Of a stretch of DNA of 64,000 nucleotides, positions 45,601-58,400 are shown piece after piece. The position numbers were made by a program, and so were the translations under genes. Origin of the DNA: Acanthaster planci (lineage: Eukaryota); contig NW_019091358.1 in NCBI RefSeq assembly GCF_001949145.1, positions 1,426,961 through 1,490,960 of the forward strand, written 5' to 3'. The notes under the pieces are model-generated. The model searched no databases and had not been told where the DNA came from. It worked only from the letters and a program-made list of their open reading frames with translations. The stretch's first letter is position 1, and each line of letters opens with the position of its first letter.

Positions 45601-48600
45601 TACACAGAACGTCTTTAAAGGATTGATCGTGAGTTTTCATTTTGTTTCACTGTTTGATATGAATATACAGGTTACAACCATCCTGCTGTGCTAGATGTAG
45701 TCAAAAACCCAGCTAACCTGGTGAGTTCATATCTGATACAAGGTAGCCGAGGTATGATTTGGCGGTCGGCATTTGTCCGTTAATGCGAACGATGATGATC
45801 TTTCCAAGGTCGGCATGACTTAGGTCATAACCAAAATCAAAATTATACGGACCACGTATATAATTTCAGCTGGTTGAAAATTGAGGCATGCATTAAGGGC
45901 CGCACTTTCCAATACCAAATTAACACTGTCGCATTATTTTTGTAATTGACAATTGTGGGAGCCGCTCCATCCTCCGAAATTGATCCTGCAATTGCCAGTT
46001 CTATGCACGGTATCTATACGTTTATCACGTACATAATGCCAATTGGCATTAATCAAACTTGTTTTAGCCTTTATATAAAAAAAAAAACACCTTCAACTGC
46101 AACAGAAGAAAAATGATAAAGAATAGCGGCCCTTTCTTTTGTAGTGCCTACTCTTAAGTTCAGGGCCAACAAACCCATTAAGGTCGCGGAACTACATTGT
46201 CAGAAAAGACGCATTCTGTTTGTCTCCGCGACTGTATATCGAGTCTGTTTTCCCCAATTCAATTTGACGCGTGGGCAGCTGGCATAAAGCAGTTGCATCT
46301 CGGCGAGCCATTAGGTAACTCCGGACGCGGCCCACGTCAGTCGTAAACGGCCCTACTTTTACCGATGCCAGGTTTGCATTTTGTGCTCTTTCCCGTTTTT
46401 AATCATTCAGTAATGTAGGCCTAACCATTCCATTTTTCTCCAGAGCGTTTTCGCCAATCGGCCTGCATTAGGGTTCAAGCCGTCAAAGGAATATCCAGCT
46501 CAACTTACAAACGCGCTTGTTTCAGTAAGTATATCAGTGCTGCATTCCCAAAGCCTATAGCGAAGTGGGAGTAAAGAAAAAAACTGACCCGTCGGAGTTT
46601 TACAATTTTGTACATCAATCATCAGTCCGTAAAAGAAAATGTATGTGGCAAGAGACTGCGGTCTCGCGATTTCAGCTTTCATCCTGACAAAGCATTATTG
46701 AATTGAAGTTCCTTCCCGAACAATGCCCTAGACTGAGATTTTCCTATGGTGTACACGTTAACAACTCTCTGGCACTGTGCTTCAAAATGTGTAAGGTGTT
46801 GCTGGGCTAACTATACATCATCTTAGGAGAACTCAACTAATATGACAAATCAGTGAAGAAAATTGAAGAGGTAACTGCCCGTCCCATAAAATAGTGTTCA
46901 GTGCTCTGTTCATATAGAGTTATCCAGCCACTCACAATGCCGTACCTTTAAATTCTATTATCAAGTTGCAGCTGCATCTTTAATCAAATTAAATTTTTTA
47001 TTTGACACCGAGCAGTCTGACCTGGATTTTAATCGACATCTAAGGACAGTCTTCTTATTAGTCACGATCTCTGTTTCCCCTCGCAACGAATTCTGAACAG
47101 GTTGCGCCAAGAGGCTTGAAGAATGTGCAAACTATGATGTGTGGCGCCTGCTCTGTGGAACATGCCCTCAAACAGACCTACATGTGGTACAGGGTTAGTA
47201 TATCGCCGGCAGACTTTCATCCACTACTAAATCGTTCAATGGTACACAATTACAGTGCCCATGGAGTATTCCAATATAGTAAAAAGAAATCTGTAACCGA
47301 TTGACATCTTGATGACATGTATTTTATGTTTGTAGCGTTTTTGTATGTAGTACTTGAGTGATTCTCAAACCTGACTACACAACTCTTCATTTGCTGTCGT
47401 TTGCATTGAAACCTTTGAATAAGCTTGTTCAGGTGCATACACACCCTGTCAACATCAGACAGCGAATTAGACTAATCAGAATATACTGGGATGTTTAACC
47501 GAACATGCAAGGCCGTACCCCAGTTCTACGTATTCCAGTTTGTATATGAAACTCGATATATGTCACTACTCTAATGTAACTCTCTCCGGCTGCTCCTCTG
47601 GTTAACAAGCAGCGACTGCTGCAAAGTCCCCTGCTCAAGAACAGCAGTGTCACGACCCCAGTCAAGCTCCATCTGAATAACATTCAGAGGATAGGTTCAC
47701 AATGTGAAAGAATAAAAAAATACTGCATGGTGCACTGTTACAGGTTATCAAAGACCACTCCAGCACTCACTGCAACTTAGAACTTTGTAGTGTTTGTATT
47801 GTACAAACGTTTCACAATTGTTTTCACAAACAAATCAGCAATGTGTGGCAGATAATAAAAGGTAGTCTGGCTCTTTGACACACCCTTACAAAATGAACCC
47901 TTGTTCATTTGACTTTCAGGCCCTCCAGACAGTTTTTCTGACCTACACAGATAATTAGGAATCAAAAAAAGTAACTACTGAATACAGTTGAATGTCCTTC
48001 GCGTACATGTTTGATGTTTGAAATACCACTGGCCTGTACAAAATCTTTGTGGAACTGGATCTGTGTTGATTTTTTAGGCAAAGGAGAGAGGTGGGCCCCC
48101 AACACAAGAGGACCTCGAGACATGTCTCTTGAACAAGGTTAGTTCAAACACAGGTAGGGTGAATGAAATCACATGAAGGAGTATACCAGTCTAGAACATG
48201 GTACCTTAACTGAGGCATATAATAGCATTGTCACCAATACCGCATTTATCTTGTGTTCAATATTTATAGATTTGTTTTCTGAAAACAGCTTGGCTCATCC
48301 TCGTGCAAGTCTAGTCTTGTTAGACCCCAATGACAAGACCACCGGACTTGTGTTCTAATTATGTTTTTCACACATTTAGCTTTAAAAACTAACTACATGT
48401 ACCACCATAAAGCTGGAGATTCTTGTTATCTTGAATAGGAAAGCTGGTGCTTGTCATTTGAGAAGAAAACAAAATTAAAAATGACAGAGCTAGCTGTCTT
48501 ATACACTATGATTTCTCAACTTGAAGCTTTCCGATGGACGCATACCCCATCTGTCCACAATAAGTTAAATGTAAAGAGGTCAGAGTGTAAAGTGTAATTT

Positions 48601-51600
48601 GTATAAAAATGTTAATTCATCTGTAAGAGTTTCTGGGTAGGGTAAAGTTTTCTTTGCATCATGGTCTGACTACCTGTGTACATTTTCTTTATACTCAATG
48701 GTCATTTTTATACAGGGAATTTATTGTATGTGAACAGATTTCCTTACCTCAAAAGTTCCAATCTTTAAGCGTACTGTTTATATGACTTACAGCAACCAGG
48801 AAATCCTAAATACAGTGTGCTGTCTTTTGATGGGTCTTTCCATGGAAGAACAGTAGGTGAGTAAGAAAACATGAAGTGGTTTCCATACATTTGGCTAAAA
48901 TATACACTCTCCAATTGGGGAACCAGTGAGATATGAGGAAAGTTTGCCAATGATTATTCGAATTGCTGACATAGGATTTTACACTTTAAATCGATCGCAG
49001 CCCAGTATTCTGTCTGAAAAATAAGATTCCTACAAGTGGTTATTTGATACAAGCCTTTGAACTTCGCAATATTATGGGTAAACCCCATTCTTGTGTACAA
49101 TAGTTCTGACCCAGTAAAAAGTCCAGAACGAAAATGTACGGAATCCTTCAAGTGTGATTTTTCTTAGGGGATTTGGTATTGTGATGATTTTAAAAAATCC
49201 AGGCATTGTTTTCTGGTTTCTCAATGTAATTTACAATGAAAAAAATCACTTTCCGGGGTACATGCAGCCCTTGGTTTGAACACTTAATTGCACTACACAA
49301 TTTAGAAAGCAAAATTTGAAATGGAAAACAAATATCTAATGATGCTGACAAATGAAGGTTGAGATTTTCCTCCCATATTTGCCCCCTTTTATCATTTTAG
49401 TCTTTATTATTCTTGTATTTTGTCAATTTTTCCTTAATCAACCTTCACAATTTATCAAATGATCTTGCAATATGGAAATTAATGTTTGGACATAAAAAAA
49501 GAATGAGAAATTACTACGTACCTGATCAGACCCTAATGTAAAGAACTGGCAGCATGAACTGGCTGCATAATTATAGGGCAATATTATGCCTTTAATCTAC
49601 CTTGAGCAGAAGTACCCCCTCTTCAGTTGAAAAGTGCCTTGTTGGTGGGAAGTGTTCATTTTGTTGATAGTGATGTGACCGCAACCCTTGCATTTCACAA
49701 TCATGAAGCAGCAATAGAGAGCTTTTTGCCAAAGAGCACTTTCATTAAATGCTTAAGAAAATTGCGCCCTCTCTTGGTTCTGCTCAGGGCCCCGCAAATA
49801 CCTCTACTAGTTATGCTTACTTTTTCATTTTGCAAATGAAAAACATTTACATAGGGTATTTGGTACTGGTGTGTTTTGCACGAAAAGACAAAACCATCCA
49901 AAAATGTTCCAGACTCAAGTTGACTGACTTCAAGAACTTTCCAAATGCCTCCCCCAACAGCCTGCCTCTCCCTGTCACACTCCAAGATCGCCCACAGGAT
50001 TGACATTCCCACCTTGGATTGGCCCATTGCCCCATTTCCCCGACTGCAGTACCCACTGGACCAGTTTGAACAGGAGAACCGGGCCGAGGAGGACAGGTGT
50101 CTAGCCGAGGTGAGAGAACGTAAAATGAAACCGGCAATTGTCGGACATGGGGTACACTCTTAAAGTTAAGCCAGTATAATGTCACATGAAATACACAAAA
50201 TGTGAAACACTTTAAGTCAATTTCAGTTTTATAAATATGTGGCCGCTGCTCACAAAACTGCGGAAAAGTATGACACTGAATTTGCAACTTGATATACAGG
50301 AGTAAATTCAGGGTAGCCCTTTAACTATGCCAAATATCCATTTCCCCCTAAAATGGTCAGACTTTTAAAAAAAAATTACAAAAGATTTATTTGAACTACA
50401 CCAAGTTTTCCGGGTTTGTCTGAAATTTCAAAACATTTTCCAAACTGCCTGATTTCCACAAGTTCTCCTTTTTTCAAAAATTCACATAAACATCGTATTC
50501 TTCAAGAACCCACCCTATAAAAGCTACTTTTAACAGAAAACATGGTCTTCAGTATAACCACTTCACTTTTTTCCGAGCCCCCCTAAATTTGGAGCCTAAT
50601 ACTCTGACTGTTCCCATGTGATTACTTTTGGATCACTTCCTGCTTCGCAGGTGTACTCCCAGATTGAGAGGCAGAAAAAGAAAGGAGAGCCGGTAGTGAG
50701 CATCATCGTGGAAGCCATACAAGCAGAGGGAGGCGACAACCATGCCACGCCCTATTTCTTCAAGCAGCTGCAAAATATTTCCAAGGAGGTGGGGAAGTGA
50801 TGGCTTAATTCAGTGACATGCATGCAAATTGTCTTAACTGAAAAATAGGTGATGATTGCACATGCTGTCCTGCAGTAATAACATACAGGAATGCTTGTTT
50901 CCAGTAAGGATATGCAACATGTAGAATTGTTTTCTTTCAGAATGATAGTAAATTAGCTATGCTAATGAGGTTGTCACCTGTGATCTGTGAAAGCACGAGA
51001 ACTGACATTGCAAAATGTCCACAAGACGCTGCCTATGTCCTTATGAGGTAGATAACTTGTGAAGATGGTTTGTTTTAGCCAAATGATATTTCCCCTTGAG
51101 GGTCTCAAGACAGGCTGCTTTTATTATTGATTGTGCCTTATATGAAAATTATTGATTAAAAACTGGCCATTCAGTTGATCAAAACTGTCACTGAAAACAA
51201 AACAATCACTTGAGAAATAGTCATGAACTTGTGGCCCTCTATGAATCTTCTCACTGTCAATCAGTCAGATGTGACTTTTTTGAAACTTAGATTGGAGCAT
51301 CTTTCGTCCTTGATGAGGTCCAGACAGGATGCCTCGCAACAGGAACCTTCTGGGCCCACGAGGCATGGAACCTTCCAGAGCCACCTGACTTTGTCTGCTT
51401 CAGCAAGAAGATGCTGACGGCGGGCTATTACTTCAAGGAAGAGTTCAGGCCTGTTGGGGTAAGATGTGTATATGAGCCTCTTCATCCACATCTCAAAGCT
51501 TACCTTCTCTCCTAAAACTTACGTTTGTGCTCTTCCCTCCTAGAAAAGAACTACAATTTGATTAAACTTTAACCTAATTAGATCATTTGACAGGGAGGCA

Positions 51601-53444
51601 GGTTTGCAGAATTTATTTTGGACCACTGTTACTTTACATGAGGTTTAACACCTCATACTTTGAATTGGGATCCTAACGGGTTTAGAATGTACAGGGATCA
51701 TCTGTCAATTACATGGACCTACTAGGCAAAACTTTTCTCATTACCGAGTACCTGTATATGTATTTCGCTTTGCAAAAGAATGTAGCTAGCCTGAATTACT
51801 CTTTTGCATGTAACCTTCAGCTGATGCAGATAGTTTCTTCACATTGACAAAACACACTAAAGACCTGCTCTTACTGCATGTCTGAAATTCTCTTTGGGGT
51901 CTTTCAAGTTAAAATAAAAACTTTATATTTTTTAAGGGGGGGGGCTTGGGGGAACACCATGTGATACCATAAGGGGCGATGGTCATGATACAGATGTACA
52001 ATGTAATATACATCACATATACTTCAGTGTCTTATGTCATATACTTTAGTTGTTGGTAAGTCCAAGAAATTTGTTTTTGTCTCTTGAGTTTGCTCACCAC
52101 AAAAAAGTGGGGGCAGGAGATTTGATAGCCCATTCCCCACCTCAAAAAGTAGGGGGGGGGGGCTAATGTACCCCCTCTCCCCCAGGATTTACGCCCACGA
52201 TGCCAACCAGTACAATGTAAAAGTTGGATCAGTTGCCCTGGAGATTCTCTGCAAAGTGAAAACTGACATAAATCTAGTGTTTGTCTCTACTACAGTAATG
52301 ACATCCGAAAGATGAAAGCTGCAAGATTCACAAGTATTGCCATACACCCAACATTTCTGTATTGAACTGCACTGCAGGCCAATCGTGTCTTCAACACATG
52401 GATGGGTGACCCTCCCAAGGTACTTTTGTTGGAGGCCGTCATCAACCAAATAAGGAAGGATAACTTGCAGGATGTTGTGAAGATGTCTGGACAATATTTA
52501 CTGCGAGGCTTGGAGGAACTGCAAGTATGAACTCTCATCTTCTGATTCACTTAAATCTATCAGTTTAGGCTGTTGAGAGACCTTCAATTGCGGCTTGTGC
52601 AAATTCTGTTATGATAGTGCAGTGCATGAACCAGGATCATATTTCCTGGCTTCGCCAACAACCGGATTTCACGCTTGTAATCACCAAGCACAAGAAAAAT
52701 TCTAGATTCTTCTCTGCTGGAAGTAAGCAATTCTTTGGTGAGCCACAATGTACTGCAACTGTTACCGTTAATATTTACTGCTATTAATAAATTTATTACT
52801 TGCAGTTAGCAGCATGTGCAGTTTCACCTACTTGGCAGTGAGCCAAGTAAAAATATGCACACTAATGGTACACAATAACATTCATTAATGCCCAGAACAA
52901 AATTGCAGCTGAGACAACTGAATACAGAGAAATTCTGCTGTCAACCACGGCTCTCTGTTGGGATTTGGACTAACACACTTTTACACACCAACATGCAAGA
53001 TCCAAGTTTGAGCTCACATTCCAGCCAGTGATATTTTTCACTCCTTTTGTCTTTGGTCTAATGCCACTAGGCCAGATATCCACACATTCTGTCTAGGGCC
53101 AGGGGCGTGGGGACATTCTGTGCTGTTGACTGCACAGACACCGATACAACTCTGAAGATCGTGGCAGCAATGAGAAACGGAGGTACCAGTAATAGTCATG
53201 CACAAAATCCTTTTTTTTCCCTTATAAAAGGAACTTTATGATTTCAATTAGTAAAGCTTCTTAAAACTGAGTTGATATCTTACTGTGCTTCCATTTCTGG
53301 TTTTTTGCCATTTGTCGTGTATTAGGTGTTCAGATCGGTAACAGTGGGGCTCGATCACTTAGATTCCGTCCCGCACTGATATTCCAGCCCAAGCATGTTG
53401 CCATTTTGCTTGAGAATCTTGAAGCTACCCTGGAGGCACTGTGA
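42608..53444 (+). CDS. ABAT: 4-aminobutyrate aminotransferase, mitochondrial (GABA-T)
   Basis: 15 coding exons: 42608-42710, 43709-43809, 44233-44265, 44902-45019, 45671-45720, 46444-46524, 47101-47193, 48078-48137, 48793-48856, 49961-50109, 50651-50788, 51291-51458, 52378-52524, 53071-53182, 53326-53444. Presequence-like [17 protein letters not shown]...RCLSF; motifs [54 protein letters not shown]-Lys [16 protein letters not shown]. Confidence 0.96.
51935..52200 (+). repeat. Repeat family copy 3 (ABAT intron)
   Basis: Same blocks as 31134-31482, uninterrupted across the site where copy 2 carries the nested MITE. Confidence 0.65.
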
Positions 53445-55424
53445 AGACTGAATAACCATAGCAACACCAGAAAAGCATGTCAACTCAAGAGTGCTCTCCT
53501 TGCCTCCGTGACAGCAAGATTTGTTGTACTATTTCGAAGTCACATGTATAACTGAACTCGAATCGTGTATGGCTTGCAGAATTAAATTCAGCTTGCAGGT
53601 TAAATTCTAAATAAATATAAATATAGGCATTCAAACATGAAGGGTGAGAAGTTTTTGTACCATAGAGTCCTTAATTACGAACTAACAATGATCACTATGC
53701 ACTTGTGCAATTAGTGTGCATACATGCATTACAGATTATACAACAATATCAACAGTGTTATTGATTCAAAGATGGGGCAAAAGTGCCTTGACGTGCTGGA
53801 ATAGGGAAAGAGCGGTGTTGCCAAATTGTAGCACTTTCAATTTCCCCAAGTAACAACTGTCCTCATGATGAAGCATTCATTATTTTGCCCTTACTACAAA
53901 ACCTTCACGCGAGGCAACACTTGGAAACAAGTAACATATAGGTGTTGTCTTCCATGCAGCTGCCAAGACAACCTACCCGTCGCTGATTGTGTTGCCAAAA
54001 CCCTAAACCCCATTAATCTTGGACTTCTCAAACACTGCATTGTGACAACTCTTCAAAAATGAACCACGATCCCAAATCTAACAACTACTATGTAATTAAT
54101 TTCATTCCAATTGTGTATACAAGGTACTTATTTTGCAATTAATGTTCTCAGAATTGTTAACACAAAACTCGATAGCTTTTGCTGTGCAGTTTGTAGTCAT
54201 TTCATCAGATTGGTTCTTGTTAAAGATATGTGGAGAGTGTGGATCATATTTTACAGTAATTTTCTGTACTGTAGCATAAAATTGAGGAAATAATAATCTT
54301 ATTGGAGCTTACAATTCTCTCTGTGCATGCCATCAAATACCCTTTCAGGGTCGGGGGAAAAAACAGAGGCCTGCCATTTGTACATGTATAGTCCCATGGC
54401 ATGCAGTGACTCACAACTGTATTTACACTCTTACATGATTTGGGAAAGTCAGCAGCTCCAACCTCTCCTTGCCTAGTTCCAAGACTCCTCCTTTCCATCT
54501 CGTAAAATGACCGAACGGGGGAACAGCTTGCCTTGACCATACATGGATGACATAGCGGTCTTGAAATTACAGACGAGTCTGACAGTGGCTGCAGCCGCGA
54601 CCAATAGAGTCATGTGCGATATCAAGCCGTAGCCCAAGCCATGATTTGGACATAGCCCTTCACTGGTGAGGGTGCATTGATTCCTTGCGAAAATGGCGGA
54701 ATGATGCAGGGGCGTGTTTTAGCGACCATGGCAAGGAGCGTGTTTCTGCTTTGAAAGTTGGTTGGGCATTTTTGTGACTTTGGTGAGGCCCTTTTGACGT
54801 CGTCGTTCCACCCAAATGAGGACTTGAAGTTTCAATGCTAGATCAAAATGACGGAAAGGCGCACATAATTTTGGTGTCACCTCCAAGGTAAGTGAATGAT
54901 GTACATGTATCCCTAATTTGTTTTTGCAGGCAGCAATTCAAAATGGATCGTTGCTACTATAACTACGACGAGAGAAAGGAACAGTAAGCGATTTTGATGT
55001 TCGTCAACAATGTTGCCTGCTACCGGAAGTTTGTTCCTGTCAGATAACACAACTGTTTATTACCTGGTTATTGCTGTTATGTCACAAGCATGTCTCTGGG
55101 CAGGGTTAACGGAAACACACCCAAGGTGGGTTGGCAAAACATTAATGTCCTTCAACCGACTTCAAGCCAAACAGTGCCAGTAAGGAAATCCAGGCTTACC
55201 CTGGGTGATGCCACAACTGTGGTCGCACCGCACTCATATACGTACTCTCAAATTTGAACGCGTGCATACTTTGGCAACTTGGAACGCCCTATTAGTCAAA
55301 ATGGAATACGTAATGCCTGCACATTCCGCCTATGATCTTGGTGCTGTTACGGTATTGCATTTAATCCTGGTCGCCGCTCGAGCCTTTCTGCATACTGGAA
55401 AGTTTACCTTGCCGAATCCGTACT

Positions 55425-58400
55425 TCAGATCTTGTAGGCCGATGACGCACTGTCAATCTTCCGGATTTTGACGAGGAAGGCTGAGTGTGCAGCCTGTACA
55501 TTGTGCGGTCTCGCTAAGTACTTCAGTGAGTGGTCTTGTATGTAGGAAGTGGAGACGTCCTCTGAGTTCTCGGCAACTGAGAATGAAACGTTTCAGACAA
55601 CTTCTGAGTGGCATGGCAAGAACTTGTAACATTTTAAGCTTGATCTCCATACAGCTGCGATGGTCTCCTTTGTTGCGGCACAGTCCCTGACAATACTAAA
55701 TAATTGTTTCAAAACACGGTTTCAAGGGGGCGCGAGCATGGATGTAAACATGCTGGCGAAGTTGGTCTTCGTGCAACTTTGCCAAACTGCTTCTTCGAGT
55801 TGTGAGGGTAAGCCCACGATGAATGGATGATTTAGTTGAATCATTAATGAGCCCACACAAAGGCATACCACATCTGTGCATGCAATTTATGCAGGTAAAA
55901 ATGTCCATTGTCTTTCATTAAGAAGTCAGATAGCAGTACTACTAATGACAGCCACCCGATACACTTAGTTTGGAAAGTAAAGCCGTGTCCGACTCAGGTG
56001 TGACATGGCTATGAATTCAGTCCTTGCCCCTGAGGCACTATGGTGAATAGCCACAGCCGCAGGTAAAGATGCCCATTTTGGACATGGCTTAGCATCTCAC
56101 CTTGCTCTTCTGACTCACTGTCCGAGCCCATGCTGAGGGCTGGTTCCCCTAGGGAGACACCACTGTGGCGTTTGGCCTGGTGCACGAGCCACACCTTGTG
56201 GGTGACCTCCAGTGTCTTCTCAATGGTAAGTGGTAGGCCGTGGACGCGCAGGTATTCGGCCACCTGAACTATCTGTCAAAATCACAACGCACATACACGT
56301 CGCTCAGTCCGAGCAACAATGCTCCCAACTCTCATTTTAACAGATCCTTCAAATACACTCAGAGGTTTGGCAGGACTTTGCAAGGGCAAGGACAGAAATA
56401 CCAAGCTCAAAGGCTTTGAGGATCCCAAGCATAAATGCCAGGCAGCTGAGGGTCAAGGAGGGGACACTGGAGAGCGTTCTGGTTTTCCGATTTGGATATT
56501 TCAAACACCACGTCAATAACAACAAAAAAGTTGACATAATCTCATTGAAAGTGTAAAGAGAGAAGATTTTGAAGCATCTGGAGAGTTAGGGTTTGACTCT
56601 GCTATAGTTCAGAAATTAGAAAACAGACACTGTAAAAAGGAACGCGTCATTCTCATCTCTCCTGCAAATCAAAGACAAATTGACAAACCTGTGTTATATT
56701 AGCGATATACAGAGCAGCAGTCTTTCCTGATTTGAGTCGGGCGGCCAACGTAGGCAAGGCATCACATGGTCTCTCCATGTCAATGACTGCTCCATCCACC
56801 AACAATGCCGGGTCGAAATCTTTGTCACAGCTCTGTAATTTGCCTTAAAAAGTCACAAATAACACAAGGCAGAAACATGAAAAAACAAAAAAACTAATAC
56901 CTTGATGACATCCTGAAAGGCCATGGACAAACACCACCTAGCAAGCCAAGCATCTGACACACTGCTTGCAGAGCAAATTATCTTCAAGAGAGTATTTTTT
57001 TTATCACACACCTGAATGAAAGCAAACGTTTTCCGGCCAGGGTTGGTGGGGATGGCTGATGTTCCAGGATGACACCCACTTTTTCACATTCTTGATGGCT
57101 CTCTTCACGTGCTCAGGCCTAGCATCAAAGGTGTGCACACATCCTTCTGGGCCAACTGCGAAAAATGGACAAAGTAACACTGCATGAGGCCAAAGATATG
57201 GCATTACCAGCTTTTGGGCACCAGCCTAACCTCTGTCATGGTTACCAGTCAGTCAACCAACATGAACGTACAAAGCCTATATGAAGAGGGTTCATATCAG
57301 GACGTTACATGTACACCAATAGTTTATAATCTGTCAATGCTCTCGGTTATGTAGTGTTAATTTGTGTACATGGACATATAGGTTTTGCAATACGAAACTA
57401 CTACAAGTTTAGAACGATATGAAAAGTTCCTCCATGTGCCACATTAAGTGGGTGCCTAAACTTAAGCAATCACTGCATTAATCCACTGGTTTCTGTACAA
57501 CCCCCCCCCAGAAAATTTCCCTGCTTATTTATTTACTCTCAATACTGCTGATTTTTTTCCGGATTTACCAGTGAAAAAATGTAACATACATGTACACATA
57601 CATGAAAAAGCGGCACTCTGATGAATAATCCTGAATATCGGAGATTCAGTTGCGTACTGGTACCAACTCTTGGATCCCCATTCTCACAATGAGTTGTGGG
57701 GACAGGATTAATCGGACACTTGGCATTTCATTCATTCTGCACATCAGTGATTACGGTATCTCCCGATTTAAGTCAGGTCATATTACCGTAATGCCTTTGG
57801 TTGCAACCAATTAGACCAGAATGTGAAAAGTGCTGTGCTTCCAACTTTCCATTAAACTAACGGTGCCAAACAGAGTCCATAAACATAAGATACATGTATG
57901 GTGCTAGTGGGCTAGTTGTACACACCTGCTCTGGACAGAAAGAGTGTCATTGCGCCGGAGCCAGTGCCTGCCTCAAGAATGACATCCCCCGGGCTGGCAT
58001 CGATCATCATCAGCATGGTACAGCAATCCTGTCGGTCATATCACAGCAATAACAAAACCTCATGTTCCTTCACAGATCAGCAGACTTACAGCTTACTGGT
58101 GCGATACTCCTACATGTATGCAGGACTTTGCCAAATATGTCATTTCAATGTGGAGGTACACAGTGTAATTTGGAGATAACTGATGCAGTAATCAGTTCTT
58201 CATACTGTGGGAATTTTCTACACTCTTACTTTAAGATATTGGTTGGTACCCAACACTGAAAATAGGAGCAGCATATCACAGGTCTTTTGTCCAAGTTACA
58301 CGTACTTCAGATTTTCAATTCACATCTAAGACAATGATAAATATAAAGGGCGTTTTTTTCATCTCCAGCTCCAAAATAGAAACAGAGTTTAGCAGGCAGT

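Noticed and set aside
55696..55908. Minus-strand ORF as last TRMT61B exon
   Set aside because: The conserved YxARP...HSAFLVK terminus is in 55576-55425 with a phase-correct acceptor.
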